DNA from: Antedon mediterranea
Lineage: Eukaryota; Animalia; Echinodermata
NCBI RefSeq assembly: GCF_964355755.1
Contig: NC_092675.1
Coordinates: 6,009,812 to 6,073,811, forward strand
Length of the DNA: 64,000 nucleotides
Direction of reading: 5' to 3'
Positions 1 through 21,500 of this stretch are shown here, piece after piece. Within the stretch, counting starts at the first letter, position 1, and every line of letters begins with the position of its first letter. The notes under the pieces were generated by a model. The model ran no database searches, had not been told where the DNA came from, and saw nothing but the letters and a program-made list of their open reading frames with translations. The position numbers were made by a program, and so were the translations under genes.

Positions 1-463
1 TAAATATCACTAAGATTGTCTTAAACTACAAACAACTAAAATTAGTGAAGGTATGCAAGTGTTTCTAAATGTTTACTACTGGTAGTATTAATACAATTTG
101 GATTATATCATTTTCCAGAAAGGTAGAAAAAAACATAAAATAGTTGAGAATTCTCAACTAGCCAGGATGGTATAGGAAATATAGCTCGGAATAATAGGCC
201 TTACGGTGAAGATGAAAACATTTTTTCTTGTTCCTCATTAAGCATAATAAGTGAACTCTCTTGATTCATATACATAAAAATAAATTAATCACGTATTAAA
301 AAGTTCCACGAAAATTTTCCTGACATTTTAAAGAAATCTTGATTTTAAAAGTATAAAAGAATATATTTTCGCAGTTGCCATTTTGTATCACATGACATCA
401 GTTAAACCAATCATACGCGACGTTTAGGCAGCAGACGTCAAAATCACACGATGTAAACACGAA

Positions 464-2560
464 ATGGCGTCCGACGAGGAAGGATCTTCTCGCTTAGACA
501 AAGTAAAGTTGAAATGTTTTTTCCAAATTTACAAGCATTCAAATGAAATTATCAGTCCAATTACTGAGATTCGATGGAATAAAGTGTTGCTCTGTCCAAA
601 GAGTTGGATAAAATTAGATGGAGACGGCAAGGAAATCGCCATACATTTGACGGAGCTTCTTGGTATGTCTGATGAAGGTAAATCGTTTGACGATGTCGTA
701 CGCGAGCATCCAGGCTTAGGTTTTCATGCTACCTGTTACAGGCGATATACTGATACATCTCGACTAAAAAAGGTAATATTTGGTTTCGATTATTATCAGA
801 ATACTCTAAGAGTTAATAATATAGTTAAATGATACAGTATATAGGGTGCTACTGATCTATATATCTATAGATAGGCCTAGATCTATATTGTGCTCTTAGA
901 GTTTCTGTGCTTGGTTGTTGATTGGGCTTTCTACTACTGTAGTACCAGTACTACTACGTAGGCCTAGGCCCTAGGCCATATTATATTATACAGTATATAT
1001 TATTCAGTAGGCTACACAATTAATTTTAGTTAAATACCAATATAGGCTCTATATTCTGGAAAGTGAGTAAAACGTAACTTTCTAAAACTCTTGTTGGTTT
1101 TTTGAATTTACATTTTGAATTTTTTTTTTTATTTGCTTCAGTCTAAATGTTGAATTTTTAAACACCAAAATCTATAAAATATTAAAATATATTTTAATAA
1201 TATTTATTATTATTTACAGGGAATTGGAAAGTGTTTTTTTAACATATAAGCAAAGCTATAAGGTATTTTGCAGAGATGTAATTGATAAACGGTTACAGTA
1301 TGGACAGGAGATACCAAGACTCGCAAAACTCCAAAAGCTTTTCATGAAATCAATTGAAAAAACAGAAAATGTTTACTTGTCAACTATAAGGTAGGCTGTC
1401 GATCTCTTCTTAAAAACGATGAAATAATTGTAATATTTTTGAGATCCAGTTACTGTAATAATTTCTTCATTGTATCTGTGTAACAATTAATTATAATCAA
1501 TTAATCTGTTATTTATAGATCAGACGTGTTGAAGAAGAAGCTCAGGATGGATTATCCTAACCTAATTTTTCATTCACCCACAAGAAGGTTAGTTGCTTAG
1601 TGTGTTTATATTAAATGATTATTTCACCAGGGATAATTTAAAAAAAAATCTTTTTGTGGATTGGTCAAACTAAATATTTTGTTTATTTTTTCTTAATTAG
1701 AAATGAATCAGTTCTGGTGTACTTTAGCAATGTATCCCCTGGATTTGTGGCTGATCCATTTTTGTCATCAGGAAAAAGTACAACGGAGACAGATGAATCA
1801 TCAGAGTATGACATAGATATTCCAACTACTTCTACAACACACAAAATCTCCACTGATGGTGACAATAGAGACAAACTAAGGACTCTATATTTTGCAGGTA
1901 CGGTTAAAATACAATAACTTGTATATATTGGTTTATTTTTAAATAACAACAATAAATGTTATTGCATAATTAAGGAAATGCTGTGGATCAAAGAGGTGAA
2001 AGCTGTATGCACTCAAAAAACAAAACTGTTATGATAGTAAGTGGTGTCGATCATAAATGCTGTACACAATACAGTATATGCTTTATATAAATTTATTATT
2101 ACTATGTTTCATTCATCGAATGCTATAAAATATACTTGCAGGTACGATAGTAAATAATGCCATCAAATCAAACAAAGGTATGCAGAGTGAATGGCCTCCA
2201 AGAGCAGCAGACATTAATGATGTTGACATATCTGAAATTGTGCCATATGAGTTGTTTAATCTAATCGCAAAGTGTGTTGGTGCTGCAGAAGATACTATAC
2301 AAACCTCATTTTCAGATGTTACTGAAGAAACTCGAACGAAAATTTTATCGATATGCCAGGAAATCCTGTACCTTGGAAAGGAAGAAGGCAGACTCCAAAG
2401 TCACTTGCTCTAGGATTAACTGTTCGAGTGTGAATGAGATGAGTGTGAAAACAGGACAAGAGAAGAAGAAGAAGAAAAAGAAGACACACCAGACTATGGC
2501 ATTGAAGATGATGAATTAGACTATGATGAATTGGACTATGAGGAATTAGACTATATGAGG
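464..2560 (+). pseudogene. Disrupted spliced transposase N-terminal remnant
   Basis: ORF 464-832 has a donor-like AAG|GTAATA at about 772. Further exon-like pieces lie at about 1520-1590, 1760-1900 and 2142-2560, with stops and frameshifts. No catalytic C-terminal part is visible. Confidence 0.55.
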
Positions 2561-2744
2561 AAGATGAATATGAAATATACTGTAGTTTATACGGTTTTGA
2601 ATGCAACAAAATCATCATAAAAAGTAACTGTAATGTAATAGGCCTACACTATAACCAATGTGAAACACTACCATGGTTAAGCAAACAGAAACTGTGAGCA
2701 TGTGAATAAAAAAAAAGATTTAAAAAAAATGAAAACAAAATGGA

Positions 2745-3030
2745 AACCATGAGAATATAAATAAATAATATAACCATGAGAATATAATAATAAAAACTGT
2801 AACCATGAGAATATAAATAAATAATGTAACCATGAGAATATAATAATAAAAACTGTAACCATGAGAATATAAATAAATAATGTAACCATGAGAATATAAT
2901 AATAAAAACTGTAACCATGAGAATATAAAGAAAAATAGTAACTATGAGAATATAAAGAAATTGTGTAACCATTAAAAGAAATTGTGTAACCATGAGAATA
3001 TAAAGAAAAATATTAACCATGAGAATAAAT
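2745..3030. repeat. Tandem repeat, ~25-30 bp unit with core AACCATGAGAATATAA
   Basis: About 10 imperfect copies are directly visible; they explain the low-complexity ORFs at 2649-3053. Confidence 0.9.
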
Positions 3031-4599
3031 ACAATTACATTGAAACAAAACAAATATTTGATGTTTGTATTTTATTTAATAATTTAAATTTACTATTGCA
3101 TTGGTGTTTATTACTAGGAATATGTGTTCTATATTTTTCACAGTTAAATCATATCAGTCACTATGTACATCCTACGGTATAAACTTAGCATTATTGCTGC
3201 TGTATTTCTACTGCTATTAATAGCCTACCTGTCGGGAGAAACCATTATACGAACAGTTGAAGCCATTTGTAATTATAAATGTTTTAATGTCGGGGGATAA
3301 TTATTAACTCTAAATTTCAATTTTAGAGTTAATATAAATTTGTATTCACCAAATTTATTTAAAAAAATAAAGAATAAATCTATTTTGATAATAAATAACT
3401 TGCCTATATATTTCTTATAAACCGTGAAAATAATAGTACAGTCTAGTTATAGTGCGCCACCAGTTGTTTCAGCCTCGCTATTTCGTAAGAAATCGTTGGC
3501 ATATTTACCAACTTTAACGGTAATTTTCTACCAAACGCCAGGTATTTTTTTGTGGAACTTTTACTTTTTGTACTATTAGTATTTATTTAGAACAGAATAT
3601 GTGGTAAAAAAGTATTATGCTTGATGAGGAACGGGATTGCTTTTCCAGGCATCATTTCAGCTTCGCCGTAAGGCCTATAAGAAAGTTTTATAGCCTGTGT
3701 TATCTAGAAATACTAAAAAAAAATACGATGGGTCTAATAATGGTTGAAGTACGTTGTAAATTGTGTAAATGAATAGGTGTCGTATTGGCTGATAATTAAA
3801 ATATGTAATTTAGATACTGCGTCCCCCCAGCCTTCTTTCTCCTTTCACGACCCCAGCCACCATCAACAAACCTTAACCCTGGACAGCTCAAATTCAGTAA
3901 CTTTTGCTAGTACAATCCAATCATATAGGCTACTTCATTACGCTAGTATTTTCGCTCCTCCTCCCCCTACAAACACACCCCAGATACACTGGGTGATGTG
4001 TTGAAGCCGGTTCCAGTACAATTAATTATGTTATTATCACTCCCAACCCATAATCCCTCAGCGGCAGTTTAATACATTCCAAATACATTTTTGGTCATGG
4101 TGATAGGCCTACATCCCCACCCCAAATTCCCATCCGCTTCCCAGGGATGATTAAATACTTTAACATTTTCCAACCACAATTCTGGTGTAAGCAAAATCCC
4201 CACTATCCTCTGAACTCCCAACCCTACTCTCCCAAAATGGACGTTTTTTCCTTGGCGGCATGGTGATGTACTTGAACACAGTAACCGTAAACAACGTTTG
4301 TATGTTCACACAGGAATGGATGTCTGTAATGAGACAATCCAAGAGACCGATACATAGCTGGATATGGTTAAAGTACTTTGCTAAATGTGTAAATGAATAG
4401 GTGTCATATTGGTTAATGAATAAAATATGTAAATCTATATACGCCTTGCTGAGGATAATTAAAATACTGTCAAACTTTTGTAGTATAATTTTACAATTCG
4501 ATAGCCTACAACCCCGAGCCCTAGCAAAAAATGACATCACAAACCACCACACCACCAACCGCCCCCACCCCTCCCACAAAAACCCCAGGAGTCGGGGGA

Positions 4600-4868
4600 A
4601 TTTTTTTAAATGTAGTTTAAAACCTTCCGGGTACAATTGCTATCATTTTGATACCCCATACGTGTGGTTACGTGCAGAAACAGAAATTTTTATAACGAAC
4701 AAACATCGAAAGTGGGGGTTTGACCACATTTTGGTCCCTAACTTGGATCCTAGGTGGCGGATGATGTTGAAATATAGCTTAGAACATTTCCAATACAATT
4801 GCGGTCATTTTGATACCCCATATGTAAGATTATGTGCAGTAACAAAATTTTTTATAACGAACAAACAA

Positions 4869-4899
<31 letters not shown>

Positions 4900-4922
4900 A
4901 ACTCTCTCACTTATAATATAGA
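4600..4922 (-). mobile_element. Non-autonomous Helitron-like 5' end
   Basis: Minus strand reads A|TCTATATTATAAGTGAGAGAGTTTGTCTGTCTGTCTG..., i.e. a TC start after A followed by a (TGTY)n microsatellite, as in invertebrate Helitron 5' ends. CATTTTGATACCCCATA is duplicated internally. The 3' CTAG end was not located, so the lower boundary is approximate. Confidence 0.55.
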
Positions 4923-5230
4923 TATAATCTTTATATATTATTATAGGGAAAACAAATTATGTCACTATATGACAAAACCCCAATTGGCGGGTGAGTTTTG
5001 TTTTTTTCATCCAATTTTTTGTCAAAGTGAATAACTCTGTGGTATTAAAATAACATTTATCAGGAGGGACAATATGAAAATTGTTTATTACAAAGTAAAT
5101 GTTATCAACTGCAACTACTACAAAATTTACAAAACTAAAAATTATTCCAAAATAAAAACGTGGTTTATCCAATGAAGCGTGACTGTCGAATGTCACGCTT
5201 CATTGCTCATGCAGCCATCGTCAACACAAC

Positions 5231-12977
<7,747 letters not shown>

Positions 12978-13559
12978 ATGTTTACAGATAAAAAACAAAT
13001 GTATCATCATGTTTACAGAAAGAAAAACTAGCAATAAACCGTACAGACCAAGTTAAACTTGTTAAAACAGACACGAGCTAAAACAAGGTGCTTATGTGAG
13101 TAAGTGCAGTATTGAACAGTTTAGGGTGAACTAGCTAAGTGTGACCATATATTATTATATTTTTAGTATTTATTTGTATTATCTGTAAAATTCTTATTTT
13201 CAACATTACACTTTTACACATTGTTTACCAAACTGCTTTTAATCTCGCTGCTTTAAGCAGGATGGTTGAGATAATGTATAGTGAGTATTATAGTATTACA
13301 ATAATAACCAGTAAAGCCAGTGGAAATCATAAAATTGTGGGATACCATTTTGGAAGGTTAATGTCACCTCTTTAGTATTATCCGGTTAATAATGTAGTGC
13401 TCCCAATCACAAATAGAGTGTAAATTATTACATAGATGTTTCTATTGGGAAAACTTTTGAATATTATTAATTTTAGTTCAATCTACTTTTATGCTAGAAG
13501 AAATACTGTAAAATTTTGTTTACACCTTATTTATAGAGGGTGACCTTAAACAGCGTATG

Positions 13560-13815
13560 TTGACAATCAAGGGGCCCGTTTGATGAGTGACAGTGGTTGT
13601 GTGTATACTAGTACACCGGGGTAACCCCCTACTCATCTCGAAAGATGTACTAGGTTCTTTAAAATGCACATGTGTACACTGGACCTACGGTTTATAGTCC
13701 TTTTCCGAGAAGAGTCGTTCTACCACCAGAACCATGGAGCAGTTTGAACCCTTGCCGATGTTAATTTGACAAGGTATTATGGTTTCACTGTCCTAACCGC
13801 TTGGCCACTCGCAGC
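13560..13815 (-). mobile_element. tRNA-derived SINE with Deu-like central domain (copy 1)
   Basis: Minus strand has A box TGGCCAAGCGG and B box GGTTCAAAC, then GGACTATAAACCGTAGGTCC...TTTCGAGATGAGTAGGGGGTTACCCCGGTGT. Closely similar to 28590-28866. Confidence 0.8.
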
Positions 13816-15501
13816 TCAATACTATAGATGGGGGTTTTGAAATTAAATATTACACCACAACTAGTACGGTTACCCTTACCGATTTAGCACAAATGATACT
13901 GTTAAAAGATAGAATATTGTATATATCTTTATGGAAGTGTATAACATAGTTACTTAAAAAATAAGGAGTATATACATAGAGATCTCTAATGAGACAACAG
14001 TGCGATCAGAAAGAACTCACAATCATGAAAATATATTTAAATATTATGTTATCTCTATTATAGAGATGGCAAAATCACCAATTGAAAAGTATAATTGAAT
14101 AAATGTCTTCCAATACTGGAAATTATTTTGTCATTTCTTTAGAATTCACTTTCTTAGTGGTTAATACATCATTAAATAATTCACATTCTCTTCAAGAGTT
14201 TGCTCCAATGTAGTATATCTGGAGTAACTTCTCTGGAATCTTGTGGTTTTCAGGGAGTTGTTTTTTTAAATTTTTTAAAAATGGGGTGTCAGCAAAAGGT
14301 ATTTTTAGTCCGATTTTTTTATGAAATCCAAGCTCAAGTAAGTTTCTTGTGAAACATTTTTAATACTCCAATCATAAATAAAACGATTAATCCTGTCCCA
14401 ACACTTATCTGACCCGATTCTGAATTATACCCCTTTCACACCAAAACTCCGGAGTCACCCCGGGGTTTATGACCATTCAAAACGTCGAGAAACTCCGGAG
14501 ATACCCCTTTCACACCAACCTAGCAACACCGGGGGTTTATAAAATAAAATTGTAAATGTCGCCCTCTATTTTGTTTGTTAACTGAATTTATGGCAGGTGT
14601 CATGACAATGCAGCATCAGTGATATGCAAATGGTTTTCCCTGTTTATAAAAATGAATTTAATGCAGATAGTGTATACTGTGTATGTACTAAAAAAATATG
14701 ACACAACAAATTCAAGCAGGCCTTCTTTTATAATTCCTTCTTTTTATATTCCTGTTCAAAAAATATTACAGTTAACTCTTCTGAAACTGACAAACCAACA
14801 ACATGCCTAGCTTTCACAATACAATTTAAATAGTGTATTTGTAGGAAAGGTGGTTGGACTGTATTTATTTTGCTACTTAAAAGTTAATGGTATATTTTAT
14901 GTGAAAATAATAGGGAGAATTTCTTTTGTTGCAAAATTCCCCTTTATTTATTTCGTCTACTTGGCATGCATTTTGGGATCTTATCATTTTGTTTAAAGTT
15001 TAATTTTTTTTTTCAGGAAAGTTAGTTGTATGTATTTTTCTGGGCCGTAGCCAGCATGAGGCAGATGAGCGCTCGCCTCGTCTGATATTTTCAATTTTCA
15101 CAACCAACCTCAATTCCCCAGCAGAGATCGTCATTGCTTTATATTATAAATAATAACTAAAGCATCTTTGCCTTGTCTGTTTTTAACCTCTCGCTACGGG
15201 CTTGTTTTTTGGTTGAGCAATATTTTGCTTTTCGTAAAAAGTAGAAACAATTCGAACTAGTAAATTGCGCTGCAGCGAAAAGGAACTAGAATTCGTCGCA
15301 GAAGGAAGTATGACAGACAGAAACTCGAATACGCATGCGAGAACAAATTCGTCTAGTGGAAAATCAGCTTTAGTTAGTTTCACAGACAAGTACTAACAGA
15401 TAATGCTGAAAGAATATAATGACAGATAGTATATAGAAGTATTTGTTTTCATTAGTTTTTTAAACGTTTTATCATTTTCTTTTTACTATAGTGGTGGTTT
15501 C

Positions 15502-18500
15502 TCATGTTCTTTTATTGTGTTTTTGAAGAAGTTTTCTCTCATAATCAGATCCACCAACCAGGACTATAAAAGCCGGAGTACCTGCAAGTATTCGGTATCT
15601 ATACAGGGGGAAATAAAAAGATTATTAGAGAAAAGGAATTATAGATATTAGCATATGGACTCCATGTCTTAAATTTCAAAACCATATCAATAGGTAGAAT
15701 AATAAATCATTATTATATCCTGCAAGCAAGATTAAGGTTTTTTAGTGATCTATCGATTCAGCACTTTCACAACTTCAGAGGTTTACACACACCGGGGAGT
15801 CTTTACCCAAGGTTTGTGTGATGTGTGTTTGTGGTGTGTGTAAACTCTGAAGTCTTGCTAGGCGATGTGAAAGTCCCTTACATTTTGTATAATATGTGTT
15901 TTGTTGGCGATATCAGAGAGGAACAACATGTATTCATGAAAAGATCTGAAAATTTTTAACAATACACCACAACAGACTAGGAGAGAAGAGAATAGACATG
16001 TTTCGCAACGCTACAAATAGGATAACTTTGGGAATATGAGAATGGGAATCAGCTCAAGAGTTTCACAATTGTATGACGTATCCGTTTTTGTTATCGTATT
16101 CATAGCATTGCGAAACCTCCCTATCCTATTTATGGCAATAAGCAACAGACCAATCAGGAAATGGGCTTTCACAGTGAAATAAGTAATAGCATTAATTGAA
16201 TACGAATGCAAACATAACAATCAAAAACACAGACAAAATGTCTTACCGTGAATCTGACAAAATAGTTTTCAAAGTGTTGTGTGCATTCACCTTAATCAGA
16301 AGTTGGCTATTATGATCCTCAAAATAAACCTATAAAAAAGATCAAAAAAGATATTAAATCAATGAGGTAATATATGTAAAATTTGTGATATAACATTTTT
16401 ATATTAATATAATTTCTATTCAAATATGTAAAATTATGTAGGCTGCCATATGTTATAAAAGCATTGCTACAACCAAAGCTGCTGATAATTCTAAAACTCT
16501 AATGCATGAAAAGAAAGGTTACTGTCACAGATGAATTAGAAACAGAATTAGAAAGAACAAGCTTATCCGTCAGCATATGCTGAAGCACTACTGTAAAACA
16601 AAAATCTTTTTGAAATCCATGTTTCTATATGTTACCGAAAGCAAACTGATGGTAATTTATTATAGTTACCTGTAAGCGATTGAGGTCATATTTCTTTTCA
16701 GTGTCCCACTCAATAAATTCATCTTCACCAAACATTACCTCTAGATGATCTTGTAAACTGTATGATGATGAAGAAAGCCACAAGATATAAAAATTAAATA
16801 ACATTATCAGATCGCCAAGCAAAACTTTGGAGTTTACACACATAGGGGCACACACCAAACAAAACACAGGTGGTTACAGTCTAATGTGTATAAAATATAG
16901 AGTTTTGATTTGAAAAGTTAAATTAAAAAATGGCTCTAAAAAGATTCATGCATTCAACAGTATCGTACCAACATCACAACACTTACCTTGCATTTTCATT
17001 AAACGCTTCAATAAGTTCTGTAGTTGCGTGTTCGGGATACATGAACCTGACAGGCCATATAAGAGCACCCTCTTCATCTAAAGATACTATGTTATCACTT
17101 CCTTGAAGCGTTGCGTACATTCTATCTTCTTCGGATAATAACTCATTATCTTCATCTTCATCGTTTTGTAACTTGATATTCCTTTTCTATTATTATTTCA
17201 GGAAGTAATTTTTAAAAATTGATTTTGATTTAATTTAATTGTTCTGTTTTTATTTATTTCGTTACCATACATAAAGAAAACAAACACAGAACAAAGGAAA
17301 AAAATGTATTATGGTACCAGGGATAGCCCTCTAATTTACATCCTGAGGGGTCCTACATAATAATCACATTTTTATTTATGTAAACAATACAAAATATGTA
17401 TTTTAGACAGTAGGATAATTCTTCATCAAAATCATAATAAAATAGCAGATATTAAATTTAAATTATTAGCTTAGCATGAACTTATTTTTTAAATGATGGA
17501 GTGAGGCTTTTATTTTTGAATTTGCAAAACATAATTCTGTAATTTGTATTTCAACAAGTAAAAAGAATGACCAAGTTTCTGCATAATATTGCCACAAGCC
17601 TTTGTATGCAAATCATCAATATTATATACTGTGCTTTTAATATTGTTCTTTCTGTCTTGTTTTTAAGGAAATGAATTTTATAAATATCATACCTTTATAG
17701 CTTCCAGAAGTCTTTGTTTTTGTGCTCTTTCTTTCTTTTCTTGTATCATTCTTTTCCTTCTTTCTTTTTCAAAGATTTTCTACAATTTTATAAACAAATT
17801 GTTATTGCATATATGTAGGAATGGGTTAACAAAATATTGTTTTATTAAAAAACTCAGGGGGAGGGTATATACCTCAGAGGGAGCAGAGCATATACCTCAG
17901 AGGGTGCATAGGCCCTATAAGTACCTCAGAGGGATCATATACCCCAGAGGGATCATATACCTCAGAGGGTGCATAGGCCCTATAAGTACCTCAGAGGGAT
18001 CATATACCCCAGAGGGATCATATACCTCAGAAGGAGAATAGGCCCTATAAGTACCTCAGAGGGATCATACACCCCAGAGGGATCATATACCTCAGAAGGA
18101 GAATAGGCCCTATAAGTACCTCAGAGGGATCATACACCCCAGAGGGATCATATACCTCAGAAGGAGAATAGGCCCTATAAGTACCTCAGAGGGATCATAT
18201 ACCCCAGAGGGATCATATACCTCAGAGGGTGCATAGGCCCTATAAGTACCTCAGAGGGATCATACACCCCAGAGGGAGCATATACCTCAGAAGGAGAATA
18301 GGCCCTATAAGTACCTCAGAGGGATCATACACCCCAGAGGGATCATATACCTCAGAAGGAGAATCGGCCCTATAAGTACCTCAGAGGGATCATACACCCC
18401 AGAGGGAGCATATACCTCAGAGGGAGCATAGGCCCTATAAGTACCTCAGAGGGATAATACACCCCAGAGGGATCATATACCCTAGAGACCATATACCCTA

Positions 18501-21500
18501 GGGACCCTATACCCAGGGGAAAATATGACCCGGGGGACTATATACCCAGGGAAGGCCATATATCCCAGGGGGACCATTACATCCAATAGTTGGCTTATCT
18601 ATAAGAATAAAATGTATTGAGGCATAATAAAAATTTGGTTTGCGGTACATGATGTGTTTCTAAAAAGGAAGTAAATTGGGGTTGAGAATGTCTGGGCGTT
18701 TTGTTTGTTTTGATATAATACTGTACTTCCTGTTGCTACTGCAAACCTGACTGTACTAGTGTTTATTTACCATGCACATGTCATTTTTTAACAATAAAAG
18801 AGTTTAGTAAAATTGAATGCGCCCATTATATGAACACGATGACATCATATCACTACCATATTTGGGCACACTTCTTTTGTCAAACAAGTTTGATAATGTA
18901 GACAGAGCTTCAACAATAATAAAATGATAAAGTACGGTTTGATAAACATTTACTTACATGTGCTTTATCTGCTTTTAATCGATACTCCTGTAGAGTAACG
19001 TCTGTGGGTTTTTCCTTAAAAAACAACAACAAAAATCAAACAGTTATAGTATACAAATAATGCACAAGTCTAAATTCGTATGATTGTGCGCACTCTTGGG
19101 TATTCACAATGTCGTGCATGTCGGAACATTGTTAATACCCTAGACTGCGCCACATCTCCACTAACACACTCTGACTTGTGCATTTTTTGTATACTAAACA
19201 ATGTCCCAAGAAATTAAAATCAGAGAACTTAGTACTAATGACTGAACAATCCACCCTTTGTGCAAAATCTGCTTTGAAAATGTCTACATTTCTGTAAAAT
19301 TACGTGTAAACATTAGAATTGTTTGAATACCTTTAAACCTCGATCACACCATTGCACGGCAGCTGAGTAAAGTTCTAACTTCATGCAACACTGAATACAA
19401 CGAAGAAGAGCTTTATTATGATCAGGATTTAACTCTAGAGCTTTCACAGCATCATTTAGCGAAGAACGAAAATTACCTTGAAATAATACAATAAAACTAT
19501 TAATCATCATATTATTCATGTAAAAGAAAGGTACGCGTAAATGTGAGTCCTGTATTCATTCTGAACTTGGGGGAATAAGCTGTAAGGGGCTCATTGTACT
19601 AAGCCTTGGCATTATTTTGTAGAGTGGCCAGTTTGTCTGCAAACCACCTTTAACCTCCCTAGTAATTTGTGTAATTAATTATGTAAAAGAAATGAGCTGT
19701 TAGGGTCTCATTGTACTAAGTTTTGAAATTATGTGCTAGTGTTGGCAATTATTTTCAATGCTACTTTTATCCAGGGAGTTGTAAAATAATTTTTTATAAC
19801 TCCTTGCTTTTATCCACCCAAAACTACATGAAACGACATGTCCTAAATATCATAAAAAAAGATATTATTAAAGATTTCTGTGATTTTAAAAGTACCTAAG
19901 TGGTATTCAGCAGCAGCCTTATTTGTATATAAAATAGCATTAAGTTTATCATCCTTTGCATTCTGCTTCAGACCCTCACTGTAGGCTTTGCTGGCCATTT
20001 TGAATTTCTTCTTCTTAAAACAATCATTGCCATCATCTTTGTAGCTTAAAGCAGTTTCTGGAGGAGAAAAATGTATTCTAAAATCAATTCTATTAAAAAT
20101 GAATCGATGTAGACAGACAGTCTAGACTGTTCAGACAGACTTGTATGACTTGAAATGAGGAAATGTCAAATGGGGTGGGGTGTCGGGTTAGTAAAAGTAG
20201 GGGGGTGGGGTTAGTAGGGAATGGGGTTAGTAATAGTAGGGCATGGGGTTAGTAGGGAATGGGGTTAGTAATAGTAGGGGTGTCGGGTTAGTAAAAGTAG
20301 GGGCGTGGGGTTAGTAGGGAATGGGGTTAGTAATAGTAGGGGAGTGGGGTTTATAACAGTAGGGGAGTGGGGATAGTAATAGTAGGAGTGTGGGGTTAGT
20401 AATAGTAGGAGTGTGGGGTTAGCAGGAGCGTTGGGTTAGTAAAAGTAGGGCGTGGGGTTAGTAAAAGTAGGGTGTGGGGTTAGTAGTGGTGTGGAGTTAG
20501 TAAAAGTAGGGCGTGGGGTTAGTAATAGTAGGGGAGTGGGGTTAATAACAGTAGGAGTGTGGGGTTAGTAAAAGTAGTGCGTGGGGTTAGTAAAAGTAGT
20601 GCGTGGGGTCAGTAAAAGTAGGGTGTGGGGTTAGTAGTGGTGTGGAGTTAGTAATAGTAGGGGTGTGGGCTTAGTAGGGATGGTGTATATCACATTTTAG
20701 TACCTTCAGGTGTTCCTTCGTCATATTTTAACGCTTGTAATGCTTCTATTGCTGTAGATGTTGCACCATCATCAGTTTTTGTCATAAATGCAGGAATTTT
20801 TTCTATTTCCTATTTTAAAAAGAATATTGGTTAAAATCAATGAATGAATAATAATTTTTCATTGCTACATAAATACTATAAACCACCAGTATGTACTCTT
20901 ACTGTTTTTCATAAATTATTAAAAATAAATTTAGATAAATTATTTTTGAAAGGCCCCATCAACATCAGTTTTCGCGCCGCTGCTCTAGCCAGCTATGTCC
21001 CATGAGCACATATTCATTAATAAGCTGTTTCTTAGTGGTAGCTTTAGTATCTAAGGCCGACAGTTTTGCTAAAATGGAAACTCAACTATAATTTATAGTT
21101 CCCAGCTGCTGGACCCAACAAACGTCCTGGGGGGGGGGGAGAGTCGATTTCGGATTCTTAACCTTTGATTGGCTGACGCGAATCAACAGATTGTGGAAGA
21201 ATTTTCACTTGAGAGGTCATGTTGTCGCTAGAGGGTATTCAGTTGCATGCCTATAGTTCAGGTTGAGGTCACAGACAAACAGGCTTCAGCACAATAAAAT
21301 TCAAAATTTACCATTTTGGAATTAGTAGATTAAAATTTTTTGGCAAATAATACATTGTTGGAAAGGTACACATGTCTTCTGTCAAATGCTGTGTATACAA
21401 TTAACCAGTGAAAAAATGGGCATGTGATTCATAATTAAAGAACTATCTGTGATTTGTATGTACTCCTTGCGATTAAAAAAAGAAAATCTTTTTATTAATG

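Larger units (their letters stand above)
195..3677 (+). mobile_element. Decayed Academ-like (AcademX-type) DNA transposon
   Basis: Termini TAGGCCTTACGGTGAAGATGAAA (195) and TTTCAGCTTCGCCGTAAGGCCTA (3677). Patchy inverted similarity extends about 140 bp inward (GTTCCTCATYAAGCATAATA, AAAAGTTCCAC). TAA is present on both flanks (192-194, 3678-3680). Internal coding remnants carry FHATCYRRYT and WPP..VPYELFNLI..KILSICQEILY, motifs I recall from this transposase class. The superfamily call is an inference from YR termini, 3-bp TSD and motifs. Confidence 0.65.

Noticed and set aside
2649-3053. Hydrophobic ORFs resembling membrane proteins
   Set aside because: They are translations of the AACCATGAGAATAT tandem repeat.
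4160-4916. ORFs of 158 and 171 aa
   Set aside because: No recognisable domain; they overlap Helitron-like repeat DNA and a microsatellite.
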